NCBI GenBank assembly: GCA_965205015.1
Contig: OZ242029.1
Location: 1,568,001-1,632,000, forward strand
Reading direction: 5' to 3'
Source of the DNA: Candidatus Poribacteria bacterium
GTDB taxonomy: Bacteria; Poribacteria; WGA-4E; WGA-3G
Length of the DNA: 64,000 nucleotides
Part shown: piece by piece, positions 1-10,456 of the stretch
How positions within the stretch are numbered: the first letter of the stretch is position 1
Layout: each line of letters opens with the position of its first letter
The notes under the pieces: generated by a model
What the model was told of the DNA's origin: nothing
Database searches by the model: none
What the model saw: only the letters and a program-made list of their open reading frames with translations
Translations under genes and position numbers: made by a program

Positions 1-3000
1 AAGAAGCCGTTCCCACTGCACTCGTATCGACAAAGAGTCGTCGGTAATCGATATTATCTTCCTCATCGTTTTCAAGGACATCCCCTGGCTGATCCGCTTC
101 AGTGTTTGTCACATCAATATAGACAAATATGTCGTGTGTGCCGAGAGGTAGCGGGTCTTTCAGATTTAGAGTAGCCGTTGCGATTGGGAATGTATTCAGG
201 GGATCGGGTTCATAAACATCCTTCTTTGCACCGGGGTTCGCCAACGGCGTGCGTTGCACCCAATCGTTGGGCTGGACGCGGGTAGTCCCGAGAAGATTTA
301 TATCGTCGTCAACAAGCGTATCATCATTAACATCCGGATTGCCACTGAAAAAAGCGACCTCAATGGGGGTCTGGATACGTTCGCCTTCTATCTGTACATC
401 CGCCGAGAGGTACCATTGCTCCGTTTTCGTGTTATAGCCGTACCCAATCCTATTCGTTCTGTCGACCTCCACAATTGTAAGATTCGGATATACGTAGGGA
501 TAATATTGAAGCCTGTCGCTTGTAACCGTATTGTTATCTATATCCGTGACTTGAAGAGTATACCGGATAGCGGAACCATCTGTCGGCGCGTTGAGTGGTT
601 CAGGTACCGTCCACCATCCGTCCTCCGACAACGGAGGCTCTGCTGGAACGAGCTGGAGCTTCTCCCATTCCCGACTCTGTGGGTTCCGCCAGTCCAAGAG
701 GACCAGGAATAGTTCCTCTTTTTCATCGGAAACCTGAACGGAGATACGGAACTTGTCCTCATCAACTAACTCGGGTTTAATGTCAAGGATTTTTGGGATA
801 TTGACGGTAAATCCATCACCCCCGACAGCAACAGTCGTGTTACTTTGGGCATAGTACTCGACATGGGCATCACCGCTGGCGATGTTTTTCGGAACAGAGA
901 AAGTTAAAGCAGGATAGGCACCGCGGTTAACATTTGCCGTTTTCGTGAGAATCACGTCTCCAGTGTAGTATTTTACTGGACCTGCAACACCTTGAGCCGT
1001 AGCTGTCTTCCCAGGAAACAAAGCTTTAACGGTGAGTGTGCCGTTAAAAGTCGTATCGGTAACAAAACGTTTTGTTCGGCTTGCTGCGTCGTAAGTAGCA
1101 GTCTGTACGTGCCCGGCTGCAATTCGGAGGGTATCTCCAAGCGCAACAGTTTTTGTCTCAATAGTCGGTCGAATTTCACGATTAGCGATCGCAATTTGTA
1201 AGGCAGGGTCTCCGAAAAGGGTATATTCCATCATAATATCAATTTGACCCGTGCCTTCTGTCATTAAAAGTTCAACCTTTGAATCGAAGCTCAAGGGACC
1301 GAGTTGTCGAACGTTTCGTTTAAAGAGCATGTCAAAGATGATACGGTTGAGGGCATCGTTTCCGCTACCATAGGTGAGGCGGGTTGCGCTCAACATGCCG
1401 ATGATACCGCCTCTCTCTTTACGTAACAATTTCTCCGCCATGCTCGGTTCGCCAGGCTTGTCAAAATAGCCGTTGTAACAACTCAAAACTAACATGAAAG
1501 GGATTTTATCGGTTTCCTCAACTTGATCAACAGAGGCATTATCAAAGATCGCTTCGTGCGCCCAAACAATTCTCCCCCCGTGCCCAGCATATTGTGCGAG
1601 TACAGCCCCCTCTCCGAGTGCCTCAATGATCTGATCTTTCGCAACGCGTTGCGGCAAGAGTCCTGGGTAATCCGCGGGATGCGCTTCCACTTGGTCGATA
1701 ACATCTTCAAGGAATACTTCCACGGTTTCATAGCCAAGGCGCGTGTGATCTTTCGCTATTTCATCAAGGCTTTTCTTGAAGATAAAATCTCCGGAGTTGC
1801 TAACCTCATCGTCAGCAACAGAAATAATCCTCCTCCGCCAGTCTCCATTAGGCGGTGCCTGCTCATAAGCGATAATCTTGTCAACAACCGCTTCCGCTTC
1901 GTCTATGGTTTCAATACTAAGCCTACCGAGATAGAAATCGGTGAATTCATCGTGTCCGGAGACAGTCGCATACCAGTGATCTGCGGCGGTCCGTCCGAAG
2001 GAATCGGTTCGAATATAATGGGTCGGAATGTATCCAATCCGTTCAGGCGGTTCAGCATAAATGTCTGTGTCAATGCCGCGAAAATCGAAGGTGCCGTCGC
2101 CAAAAAGGACGACATACGTTGGTGCCGGCGGGGTCCAAGACTGATATGCATGTTTCAGAAACGCCTTAATAGCCTTCGGACTCACGCCACCATCCCCAAA
2201 GGTGTTGTAGATATCATCGGTCGTAACAATTTTCGCGCGGTATCCCCCCCCACCAGGAGCCGCGCGCCACGCTGCCAACCGTTGTGCGGCGGATAGGAAG
2301 TTAGGATGTGTCACAATTAGATAATCAGCCCCGTGCACTGCAGTCGCTAAGTCTGTAGGCATAACAACCTCAATGCGGTCGGGTTGACGCAATGCTGTAT
2401 TGGAAACGGCGATAAAGTGTGTGCTTCGGGTATCAGGCACTTGGAAAAGCGCATTATACGAATTAGAGCGTTCTGCGTCTACTTCCACATTCACACCCTG
2501 CATCTGGGCAGTAAGGTATGTACCATCCGTCTCAAAGATATGTATCCGTGGGTCACGGAACGCCTCAATTTTATACTGAAGTTTACGCCCTCCAGGAAGT
2601 GTCCGCTCTTGGGAGGTTGCCTCGGCAGTGGGTGATCTGAACCATAACTCGTCAGCAACGGCTCGGAAGAGGCGAGTATACTCGACAGAAAAACGGTTGA
2701 GGTAGACATGATAGGGGTATCGGGTGGTATCTTCATCAACGTTGCTGTCAACTCTGGCTAAAGACAACACGTTCTGCTCGCCCTTGACGCTGTCCTTGAG
2801 CGTATCCCAAGTGCGCAATGTACGTCCAATAGTGAGTGTGTCCTGCTGTTCCCACTTCGCGAAATCGATCCGGACCCCATTAATAGCGACCAAAATCTCG
2901 TGTGATACCGGTGTACCACCCTGCAAATCAACGGAGATACGTGGTGGGTCAAAGCTTTTTGCGACATCATAAAGCGGAAATTCGAGGCGCATTTCGGCAG

Positions 3001-4282
3001 CATCGCCCCCATTTTTGATACCGTCCCAGTACCAGAAATCCAAAGCATCAAACCAACCGTGCTTGTCACCCGGCGAAACAGTCTCGGTATGGACAAATTC
3101 GAGGTTACTCGTCAGGTAATCCTCTTCAAAATTCACTTTAGAACGGAAAGTAGGAACCTGCGTTGCTGTTTGGTCTGTGGGACTGGCGGTAATCTGTGGC
3201 ACCCGTGTCGGGATACGACCCCTGTTGTCAATAGTGAGCCAATAGACATTCCAACGACTATATCGATTTTTGGGTTTGTGACCAAGGAAAAAGAGAGCGT
3301 CGTTCGGGTCAAAACTGCCATCCGCCGCACCACTGATGTAGATAGGGATATCTCTATTTCCTTGTGTGAGTCGAAGTCTCGCAGGATGCGTACCGATGAT
3401 CTCTACACCCCAATCGTTCTGTAGAGATGCCGCTGTCACTGCATAGATGCCTGTCTCTTGGACAGACAACTTATAGCGTGTTTCAGTACCCCCGTTGGGG
3501 ATGAGTGTTGGTGCTGCAGGCACCTGTGGACGGGGTGCTCGAAAACGGGCGGCTTGCTCAGCGTTTAAGAGCTGATGTGAAAATGCACGCTCAAACGCCT
3601 CCGATTCTGGGGCAATTGTCCCTTGGACAGGGAAGATTTGTGAACCGCTCCCTTGTGCTGTTAGCGGTCCTCCCTGTTCCGTATAGGAGAAACGAATGTT
3701 CACTGTGAAACGTGAATACAAACGCAGCGTCCGGGTGTTCGGCAGATATTGCACTGGATATAGTGCCAACGCGATAACCCGTTGATTCCGAATATAGCCT
3801 TCGCGCACGATCCGAGCAAGCGGATGTCCAGGGTATGAACGGTTTCCAGCAAACGCGCCATTTTCTTTTAACTGATACGCGCTCCCGCTTTCTGACCAGT
3901 GCTGCGAAGCTGCGTGTTGTGAATTGCGTTCATGTATATCAAAAATCGGAACTGGAACGAGACGCACGCCGGTGCGTGTCTCAGCGGGTGCAGCAGAGAC
4001 ATCGACTGCTTCAATTGTCGCCATCGCGGGTATACCCAACATGAGGCGCGTGACGGGAATTTTGGGGTTTCCCGGCTCGTCGATGAAGTGACATTCTGCG
4101 TACTGCACCTCTTGGTAGCGGATATTATTCCGGGTTACCTCGGATATCGTCAGCTCTGGCAAGGTGAATTGAAGCGTGATTCCGTCTGTCGATGTCGTTT
4201 GGGTAATCTCCGCGAAGGAATCGGGGTTACAAACCCCTCCTATAAAGGTGAGGACGTAGATACCCAGTAAAATAATTTTCAA
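1..4282 (-). CDS. C25 family cysteine peptidase (gingipain/PorU-like), 3' end outside window
   Basis: Missing from the ORF track because it runs off the edge. Manual translation of segments from TTG at 4282 gives signal peptide MKIILLGIYVLTFIGG, a propeptide-like stretch (PGNPKIPVTRLMLGIP), GADYLIVTHPNFL (same frame as the start, checked), YVVLFGDGTFD, catalytic YAGHG and SCYNGYFD, then Ig-like beta-rich sequence. Confidence 0.85.
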   Translation of the reverse strand, partial: MKIILLGIYVLTFIGGVCNPDSFAEITQTTSTDGITLQFTLPELTISEVTRNNIRYQEVQYAECHFIDEPGNPKIPVTRLMLGIPAMATIEAVDVSAAPAETRTGVRLVPVPIFDIHERNSQHAASQHWSESGSAYQLKENGAFAGNRSYPGHPLARIVREGYIRNQRVIALALYPVQYLPNTRTLRLYSRFTVNIRFSYTEQGGPLTAQGSGSQIFPVQGTIAPESEAFERAFSHQLLNAEQAARFRAPRPQVPAAPTLIPNGGTETRYKLSVQETGIYAVTAASLQNDWGVEIIGTHPARLRLTQGNRDIPIYISGAADGSFDPNDALFFLGHKPKNRYSRWNVYWLTIDNRGRIPTRVPQITASPTDQTATQVPTFRSKVNFEEDYLTSNLEFVHTETVSPGDKHGWFDALDFWYWDGIKNGGDAAEMRLEFPLYDVAKSFDPPRISVDLQGGTPVSHEILVAINGVRIDFAKWEQQDTLTIGRTLRTWDTLKDSVKGEQNVLSLARVDSNVDEDTTRYPYHVYLNRFSVEYTRLFRAVADELWFRSPTAEATSQERTLPGGRKLQYKIEAFRDPRIHIFETDGTYLTAQMQGVNVEVDAERSNSYNALFQVPDTRSTHFIAVSNTALRQPDRIEVVMPTDLATAVHGADYLIVTHPNFLSAAQRLAAWRAAPGGGGYRAKIVTTDDIYNTFGDGGVSPKAIKAFLKHAYQSWTPPAPTYVVLFGDGTFDFRGIDTDIYAEPPERIGYIPTHYIRTDSFGRTAADHWYATVSGHDEFTDFYLGRLSIETIDEAEAVVDKIIAYEQAPPNGDWRRRIISVADDEVSNSGDFIFKKSLDEIAKDHTRLGYETVEVFLEDVIDQVEAHPADYPGLLPQRVAKDQIIEALGEGAVLAQYAGHGGRIVWAHEAIFDNASVDQVEETDKIPFMLVLSCYNGYFDKPGEPSMAEKLLRKERGGIIGMLSATRLTYGSGNDALNRIIFDMLFKRNVRQLGPLSFDSKVELLMTEGTGQIDIMMEYTLFGDPALQIAIANREIRPTIETKTVALGDTLRIAAGHVQTATYDAASRTKRFVTDTTFNGTLTVKALFPGKTATAQGVAGPVKYYTGDVILTKTANVNRGAYPALTFSVPKNIASGDAHVEYYAQSNTTVAVGGDGFTVNIPKILDIKPELVDEDKFRISVQVSDEKEELFLVLLDWRNPQSREWEKLQLVPAEPPLSEDGWWTVPEPLNAPTDGSAIRYTLQVTDIDNNTVTSDRLQYYPYVYPNLTIVEVDRTNRIGYGYNTKTEQWYLSADVQIEGERIQTPIEVAFFSGNPDVNDDTLVDDDINLLGTTRVQPNDWVQRTPLANPGAKKDVYEPDPLNTFPIATATLNLKDPLPLGTHDIFVYIDVTNTEADQPGDVLENDEEDNIDYRRLFVDTSAVGTAS

Positions 4283-4567
4283 TTTTACCTTACGGAGTAA
4301 TAAAGGGCGTTTGAACTGTTGCGTGCATTCCATCTATCCGTTCTCCATTTCATTACGGACTACAGGTTTGGACTTTGGCCTTGGCAATAGTATTTTTAAT
4401 TTTACCTTAAGAAACAATGAAAGACCCGTAGCCTGCAAAAACACGCAGGCGGATATGAGGAAGGTCCCCTAAAGAGAGAACCCGCGTCTTTTCTCCGCAA
4501 GGAATAATTAAAAAAACGAAACTTTGTGTTATAAGTGTTATGCGAAGGGTATATCCTTCACTTTTTT

Positions 4568-5548
4568 CTATCTCACCTTTAAAATAATTTTTCCGAAGTT
4601 GCGATTCGCTTCCATGTATTTGTGGGCTTGGGGTGCTTCTGCCAATGGAAAAACGGTGTCAACAATGGGGCGGATGCTGCCGCGCGCCAATTCGGGCAAC
4701 CAGCGATCCATAAAGCGTTGTGTGACACCGATTTTTTCGTCAATAGATCGGGTCCGTAGGACAGAGCCTATCAGTTGGAGCCTGTTGCGCATCAGTGTGT
4801 TGAGGTTAATTTCTGTGCCTGAACCACCGATTAATCCGAGTTGTAAAAGCCTGCCTTTTGTTTTAAGCACGGAAAGGTTTCGTTCAAGATAGGGTGCTCC
4901 GATAAAGTCGACAACAACATCTACCCCTTGTCCATCTGTCAAGCGTAGGATCTCGGCAACGAAGTCGCTTTCTTTGTAGTTGATGCCCTCTACTGCACCG
5001 AGTGCCTTGCAATTTTCAATTTTTTCTGAGGTCCCTGCGGTCACAAAAACCGTGGCACCGGCGTGATGTGAGATTTGAACGCCAGCAGTGCCAACACCAC
5101 TCCCTCCTGCGTGAATCAGGATCGCCTCACCGGCTGATAATCTCCCCTGGGTGAAAATGTTATCACTTGCTGTAAAAAATACTTCCGGCACAGCGGCAGC
5201 TTGTTCAAAAGTCCATTCGTCAGGCATCGGCATTGCCATGCGGTAATCAATGACGGCTTGCTCGGCATAACCACCACCCCCAACGAGTCCAAAAACGCGG
5301 TCCCCTTTCGACACGCCTTTTACGGCGTTGCCTATCGCTGAAACGGTACCAGCGATCTCTAAGCCGAGGACCTCAGAATCGCCTGGCGGTGGGGGATATC
5401 CACCGCGTCGTTGAATCATATCGGCTCGATTTAAGGCAGTCGCATGAACGTCCACCAAGACTTGCGATTCTGTTGGGTTCGGTGATGAGACTTCGCCTAA
5501 TTGCAGGACTTCCGGTCCACCATCACCCGTTCTAATAATTGCTTTCAC
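4568..5548 (-). CDS. NAD(P)H-quinone oxidoreductase, PIG3 family (MDR)
   Basis: NRADMIQRRGGYPPPPG, GLEIAG, HAGGSGVG, GKIIL motifs. Confidence 0.92.
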   Translation of the reverse strand: MKAIIRTGDGGPEVLQLGEVSSPNPTESQVLVDVHATALNRADMIQRRGGYPPPPGDSEVLGLEIAGTVSAIGNAVKGVSKGDRVFGLVGGGGYAEQAVIDYRMAMPMPDEWTFEQAAAVPEVFFTASDNIFTQGRLSAGEAILIHAGGSGVGTAGVQISHHAGATVFVTAGTSEKIENCKALGAVEGINYKESDFVAEILRLTDGQGVDVVVDFIGAPYLERNLSVLKTKGRLLQLGLIGGSGTEINLNTLMRNRLQLIGSVLRTRSIDEKIGVTQRFMDRWLPELARGSIRPIVDTVFPLAEAPQAHKYMEANRNFGKIILKVR

Positions 5549-5755
5549 TGTGTGTACTCCACTTTCTCTTTTAATATTTTATCCAATTTTAGCACATTTA
5601 GAAAGGTTATACCACCTTTACTGGATGTGAACGTGTCAGTTTTCGGCGTCGACTATAGGAAAAACAAGAAGGTTACAACTTTTTCAGTTTACTAACGTCT
5701 AAAAGAATTGAGCACCTCAGAAGCACAAAAAACTATACAAGAAAAGGAAGGGGAA

Positions 5756-6226
5756 ATGGGAAAAAGAAAAGTTAGAAACTCAAAGAAAACCGCGAATCGT
5801 CGCTTCAATCCAGTAAAAGCGAAGCTGGAATCTATAAATGAGTGTTTTGAGCAATTACGGTATGGGCTACCGGAAAACGAAGAAGAATATATTGAAGCGG
5901 ACAGGATCACACATTCTTATGTTAAAAGCTGCTTCCTTATGATTATTCAGCGCGCTGTGGACATCAACAATGTTATTATCGAATTTAGTGGACAGACCCC
6001 ACCACAGCAAAAACTCCATAGTTTTCGTGCCTTATATCAAAACAGGGCGATCGATCAAGAGACTTTAGACTTTTTCATCAAAGCTTTAGATTTCTATGAA
6101 AAAATCGCGAATCCCTACCAAGAACTCGCTCCTTCAGAACTGTATGATGCCGCGCTCCAACTTTTGAAGTACGGTGAATCCTACACCCACCAACTCGAAA
6201 ATTTCTTCGTAAGTCGTTCACCTTGA
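5756..6226 (+). CDS. DUF86/HepT-like HEPN-domain protein with degenerate active site
   Basis: Helical DUF86 pattern (IIQRAVDINNVII, SFRAL, YQEL). The RxxxxH motif is replaced by YEKIANPY. ATG follows AAGGAAGGGG. Confidence 0.6.
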   Translation: MGKRKVRNSKKTANRRFNPVKAKLESINECFEQLRYGLPENEEEYIEADRITHSYVKSCFLMIIQRAVDINNVIIEFSGQTPPQQKLHSFRALYQNRAIDQETLDFFIKALDFYEKIANPYQELAPSELYDAALQLLKYGESYTHQLENFFVSRSP

Positions 6227-6267
6227 GGAAAATAAGCAAAGAAGCTCGCTGATCCGTAAAAAAGAAA

Positions 6268-6309
6268 CGGCGTTTCCTCCCCCACCCAAAGGCAGAGGAT
6301 TCCACGCCG
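6268..6309. mobile_element. IS200/IS605-like end hairpin remnant
   Basis: CGGCGTTTCCTCCCCCACCCAAAGGCAGAGGATTCCACGCCG imperfect palindrome resembling IS605-family terminal hairpins; no transposase nearby. Confidence 0.4.
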
Positions 6310-6344
6310 AAGATGTGATGCGTTAGAAACCATTTCTATCCGCT

Positions 6345-7214
6345 TTAATTAAACTCAACAATACCGCCTGTCCCTTTAAGTACCATGTCTGGTTTAAGCA
6401 GAATCTTCTCTTCGGGTTCCAACTTTAACCCAGTTGGATAGAGAACATAAGCGATTCTGAGCGGGAGATATTTACCTAAGTCGGCAAGTCTATCCATACG
6501 GCTCTTAAATATTTGCTGTTCACTCTGCTGGGTCTGATAGGCGTACCAATACTTGAGATACGATCCCACACGGTTGTTGAAAATAATTTTATTAGAGTTT
6601 GCATCAATGACTCTGACGCGGGTAAGCCCCCTGGCAGTAAGGCGGGTGCGGATATAGGTGGATGTACCGGAGATTCCGCCCTGTCTCCCCTGTTTCATGA
6701 GAAGTTGGTTGTAGTCCTGATTGGTTATCTTCGGTTCGTCCACACTTCCGATGATAACCATATCGGTGCCGAGCTCCTGTCCGAGTTTTGCTGCCAAAGC
6801 AGGATCTCCATAGACTTGCTCCGGTGTTAAGCCTAACTCCGTGAGTTTGTCTTTAACCGGTTGAACCTTGTTTGAGATGTCATAAACCCATTCTGCCTCT
6901 TTGAATATCAGTTCCAGACGGGTTGCGAGGTTTACGCCAATTCGTCCCGCTAACTTGTCAACGTCTTCTGATGCCCCTGTTTTCGCAAAGAATGGGACAA
7001 TTGCAATGCGCTTTGCATCACTAATCGGGGGTGGGGTATCAATATTATCATAACCATCACCACCATCACCACCAATACACCCTGTCATTGTGATGCAGAG
7101 AAGCGATATGAATAAAAGTGTAAAGAAACGTGCCACTGAAGTGTGCCTCCTATATTTTGGGCGTAACTTGAAAGCCAAATTTTTGTAGACTGGGTCAGAA
7201 ATTCTGTCTCCCAC
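6345..7214 (-). CDS. Lipoprotein, CsgG/TolB-N/LpoB-like fold (true start may be the downstream GTG of VARFF)
   Basis: Hydrophobic stretch plus lipobox MTGC; RIAIVPF...AAKLGQELGTDMVIIGSV pattern. Confidence 0.6.
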   Translation of the reverse strand: MGDRISDPVYKNLAFKLRPKYRRHTSVARFFTLLFISLLCITMTGCIGGDGGDGYDNIDTPPPISDAKRIAIVPFFAKTGASEDVDKLAGRIGVNLATRLELIFKEAEWVYDISNKVQPVKDKLTELGLTPEQVYGDPALAAKLGQELGTDMVIIGSVDEPKITNQDYNQLLMKQGRQGGISGTSTYIRTRLTARGLTRVRVIDANSNKIIFNNRVGSYLKYWYAYQTQQSEQQIFKSRMDRLADLGKYLPLRIAYVLYPTGLKLEPEEKILLKPDMVLKGTGGIVEFN

Positions 7215-7430
7215 CCCAATCTATAACCCGCGAGATTTCTGATGCGCTTGCGTCCACTTAAAAATCTCGTCGGCATGTTCGATGTCTTGGGCGCGAAGGG
7301 TTTCGGTTTCCTGACGATCAGATGGGTAAACCTGTTTCATTATGGGCGCGATGGCTTAATCGCGCCCATATATTGGAAACCGAACTGTGCCATCAAAGCA
7401 CAATTCGCTTGTGCCCTACATTTTACCAAC

Positions 7431-7460
7431 AGCATACCATAAATTACAGAAATAAGTCAA
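7431..7460 (-). promoter_or_regulatory. sigma70-type promoter
   Basis: TTGACT-N18-TATGCT with extended TG on the minus strand, upstream of the lipoprotein gene. Confidence 0.55.
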
Positions 7461-7464
7461 GCCT

Positions 7465-8427
7465 TTAACCGATAGCCAATGCTCGAACTTCGCCAAATTC
7501 GTGATCAAGTTTGGTCCACGAATTGCCGGAATCTGTACTACGGTAGAGTTGTCCACTCACGCTGCAAGCGATAAGAAGGTCATCAAACTGCGGATTGTGA
7601 GCAAAACACCAGATTGTGCTATTTGCTGTTCTACCGATGTCCGCTCGGTTCCACGTCTTTCCAGCATCACGCGTCGAGAAGATCCCGCCTTGATCACCGG
7701 GAGGACCGTTCCCGGCACCGATAAAGACTTGACCGGCATCGCCGTTGAGGAAAAATGCTGCACGACAGTAGGGCCATGGATAGTGTGCCTTGACGTTTAG
7801 GGGTGTCCACTGTTGCCCCATGTCTGTCGTTACACAAACATCATTGTTTGTCGCAGCGATGATCGTTTTGGGTGAACCCGGAACCACGCAAAGCCCGTGG
7901 ATATCAAGGCTACTGAGCCCCTCACTACGCTCAACCCATGTGTCGCCACCATCTGTACTAAGGCGCATGCCATCAATCTCGATCCCAGCATAGAGCGTTT
8001 GCGAATCTTCGGGATCAACCACAAACGTCGTGACACGCGGAATAATCGGAACCCCTTCGCATTCTTGTGCGAGATCAGCGTTGAGTTGTTTCCAGTTATC
8101 ACCACCGTCAGTGGATTTGAAAAGCGCGGAAGGACACGTACCCGCGTAGAGGGTATCCGGCGTTCCTCGATCAATAGCGATTGCCCAAACTTCCAATTCA
8201 TCCATAGGACTTGAGAGACGATGCCATGATTCGGCGGCATTGTCTGATCGGAAGATACCTTTTTCGGTTCCGGCATAGAGAACGTCTGAGTTGCTTGGAT
8301 TAACTGCTATGGCGCGAACGTCGGCTTCAGGAAAAAGCTCATTACTCGCCCTGCGCCATGTGTCTCCGTTGTCAGTGCTGCGCCAGACGCTTTGTCCAAT
8401 GGTTCCGGCATAGAGTGTAGGTTGCAT
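7465..8427 (-). CDS. BNR/Asp-box beta-propeller protein (VPS10/sialidase-like fold)
   Basis: Repeated S-x-D-x-G-x-x-W Asp-boxes (STDNGDTW, STDGGDNW, STDGGDTW, STDSGNSW). Confidence 0.85.
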   Translation of the reverse strand: MQPTLYAGTIGQSVWRSTDNGDTWRRASNELFPEADVRAIAVNPSNSDVLYAGTEKGIFRSDNAAESWHRLSSPMDELEVWAIAIDRGTPDTLYAGTCPSALFKSTDGGDNWKQLNADLAQECEGVPIIPRVTTFVVDPEDSQTLYAGIEIDGMRLSTDGGDTWVERSEGLSSLDIHGLCVVPGSPKTIIAATNNDVCVTTDMGQQWTPLNVKAHYPWPYCRAAFFLNGDAGQVFIGAGNGPPGDQGGIFSTRDAGKTWNRADIGRTANSTIWCFAHNPQFDDLLIACSVSGQLYRSTDSGNSWTKLDHEFGEVRALAIG

Positions 8428-8476
8428 TTTTTAACTATGGCCTCCTGGACTGCCCTCCATTCAGGCAGGTTAGTTA

Positions 8477-8585
8477 ATGGCTATCGGCTATCGGATCGGG
8501 TTTTCTACGAAAAACCTTTCAGCGATCAGTAAGAACGTGTCGTTAAATGAAAACCTCTTTACTGACTACCGACTGCCGACTGCTA
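8477..8585. repeat. Heptamer-flanked palindromic repeat (family H), intergenic
   Basis: GCTATCG-type heptamers, AAGA...CCTCTT core, CTGACTA/CCGACTG heptamers. Confidence 0.75.
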
Positions 8586-8586
8586 A

Positions 8587-10428
8587 TTAAAAATTGGTTA
8601 AGGATCCCGTGCCAACAAGCCTCGAATCAAGCGAAACTCTATATATCACAGACTTCGGTGCTATTTCCGGTTCAAGAAGGAACGAGAATCGATATAGGCG
8701 ATTATTCTGTAAGTCCTGTGTTATGAGATACATTGCTTGTGCTTCCCGATAAAGCCGTTCCGTCCTACCGTCGGAGATCATTAGCGTTAGCGTAGGCGTT
8801 AGCCCGACGAGGGGTTCACCCGATTCAGCGATGATGTCCCAGTAACGCGGATGCACGGGATTAGGAAGTGCAGCGGTAACAAACGTGATATGCGCGCCAC
8901 GGGTCGCACTATACTGATAGGTCGAACTTTGTGCATCGATGTTGATCGCTTCGACTTGCAAACTGGGAACAAGAATCACCTCTGCGGCAGTATTCGCTAA
9001 CACAAGGGAGCCGGTATTACCCGCTGACAACTTTATCTCCTTGATATCAACGGTACCGGTGTTATGAAATTCAATTGCATGAACAGCACTACTTGCTGGG
9101 GAATTACTTGAGAATCCAAGTGTTAATCCATTGGCATCTCTAAAACCGATATACGCCGCCGAAAAGTTGCGCAACTGCCCCTGCTGCGTGCCGCTCGGAT
9201 AAGCGTCATACCAACGGCTCGGTGCAAGAGAAAGTTCAATAGCACGATACTCAGATAAATAGTTAGCCAATTTCCATTCGATGAAGATGTCAGGAATCGT
9301 TTGGGTAATGCCTCGGGATGCAAGCGCATCTGAGATACCGGTGAGCGATGTGCCGCGATTCTGAACAATTTCGATGAGTGTTCCTATACCTCCGTATTGT
9401 TCGTGAAGATAGAGCATCCATAAGAAGGCAGCACCGTAGTGTGGCAGCGAGTCCGCGTTTCCCTCGGGCCACGTCACCAGTGAAATAGATGGCATTTTTT
9501 CAAATGCCGCTACATGTTCCCGCACAGAATAACCGCAGAGAAATGCGGCATACACTGCGCATCCTTCATCAACCCAGCTGATTTCTCTTGCATCATGACG
9601 CCAATTGAGGAGATGTTGAAATTCATGGGCAACGACATTGTGTGCTCTTTCACTGTTAGGGTTCAGAGGTTGTGTATCAATGTATAGTATCTCTGCTTCG
9701 TTACTACGAATTGGGAACCCTCGGAACCCTGGGTTTCGAAGTAAACCGCGTTGCTGGTCGGCTGGATTGAAAAAGCCCGCCGTGTAACGGTTCGCGGCGC
9801 GTCCGTCCTGAATATTAAGCAGCAGTAAGATAATCCTGCCGTTTCCATCAATATCTGGTGGGGCTCCGAAGAAATTCGTCAACGTCGGATAAATTCCTTG
9901 CTGTGGATTCGCTGGCGTGGCGGTATCAAAAGCCCGGATCATTGCCTGAACGGTTCCGGCGGTAACCCTTGTGTTCCATTCAGCTTCTTCAACGAAAACA
10001 TAGCAGAAACTGCCTATACCGCGGAGAACAGCAGAGACGGTGTACTGTTGCATGCTTCTGAAATCAGGAGCGAAGAAGGTCCGTTCTGTGCCAATTGGCA
10101 AAGCAGGCGCAGCAGGCAAGGCAGGAGCAGTGGGCTGTCGGAAACCCAGAGGTTTTTGCCTAACATCCTCTTGCGGGTGGCTGACCGCTGCCGGAAACCG
10201 ACCGCTATTTGATAGATGCGGTGTCCCGCAGAGATATGCCGAGCTGCTGTAGGAATACCCCAAAAGCAATAAGGCTATAAATAAAAACCTCGCAAGCGAC
10301 GTGGCAGTCGGTTTCCGTTGGCATTCTCCTGCAAGCCCACACGCGGAGACCTGCGTCGCCGTTAGTAAAGAAAGAAACCCCTGAAGTGTTGAGATGTGCA
10401 TTTTATCCACCCAGTCCGTCGTTAACAT
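8587..10428 (-). CDS. Secreted zinc metallopeptidase, M30/immune inhibitor A-like
   Basis: VVAHEFQHL (HExxH), WVDEG third ligand, DIDGNGRI, HYGAAFLW. Signal-like segment near residues 47-65; start uncertain. Confidence 0.8.
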   Translation of the reverse strand: MLTTDWVDKMHISTLQGFLSLLTATQVSACGLAGECQRKPTATSLARFLFIALLLLGYSYSSSAYLCGTPHLSNSGRFPAAVSHPQEDVRQKPLGFRQPTAPALPAAPALPIGTERTFFAPDFRSMQQYTVSAVLRGIGSFCYVFVEEAEWNTRVTAGTVQAMIRAFDTATPANPQQGIYPTLTNFFGAPPDIDGNGRIILLLLNIQDGRAANRYTAGFFNPADQQRGLLRNPGFRGFPIRSNEAEILYIDTQPLNPNSERAHNVVAHEFQHLLNWRHDAREISWVDEGCAVYAAFLCGYSVREHVAAFEKMPSISLVTWPEGNADSLPHYGAAFLWMLYLHEQYGGIGTLIEIVQNRGTSLTGISDALASRGITQTIPDIFIEWKLANYLSEYRAIELSLAPSRWYDAYPSGTQQGQLRNFSAAYIGFRDANGLTLGFSSNSPASSAVHAIEFHNTGTVDIKEIKLSAGNTGSLVLANTAAEVILVPSLQVEAINIDAQSSTYQYSATRGAHITFVTAALPNPVHPRYWDIIAESGEPLVGLTPTLTLMISDGRTERLYREAQAMYLITQDLQNNRLYRFSFLLEPEIAPKSVIYRVSLDSRLVGTGSLTNF

Positions 10429-10456
10429 GGCTCAGGTTATATTACAGCAAGAATGG

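Noticed and set aside
249-4270. Many plus-strand ORFs (e.g. 1523-2296, 254-712, 3059-3424)
   Set aside because: Antisense shadows of the minus-strand C25 peptidase; no recognisable motifs
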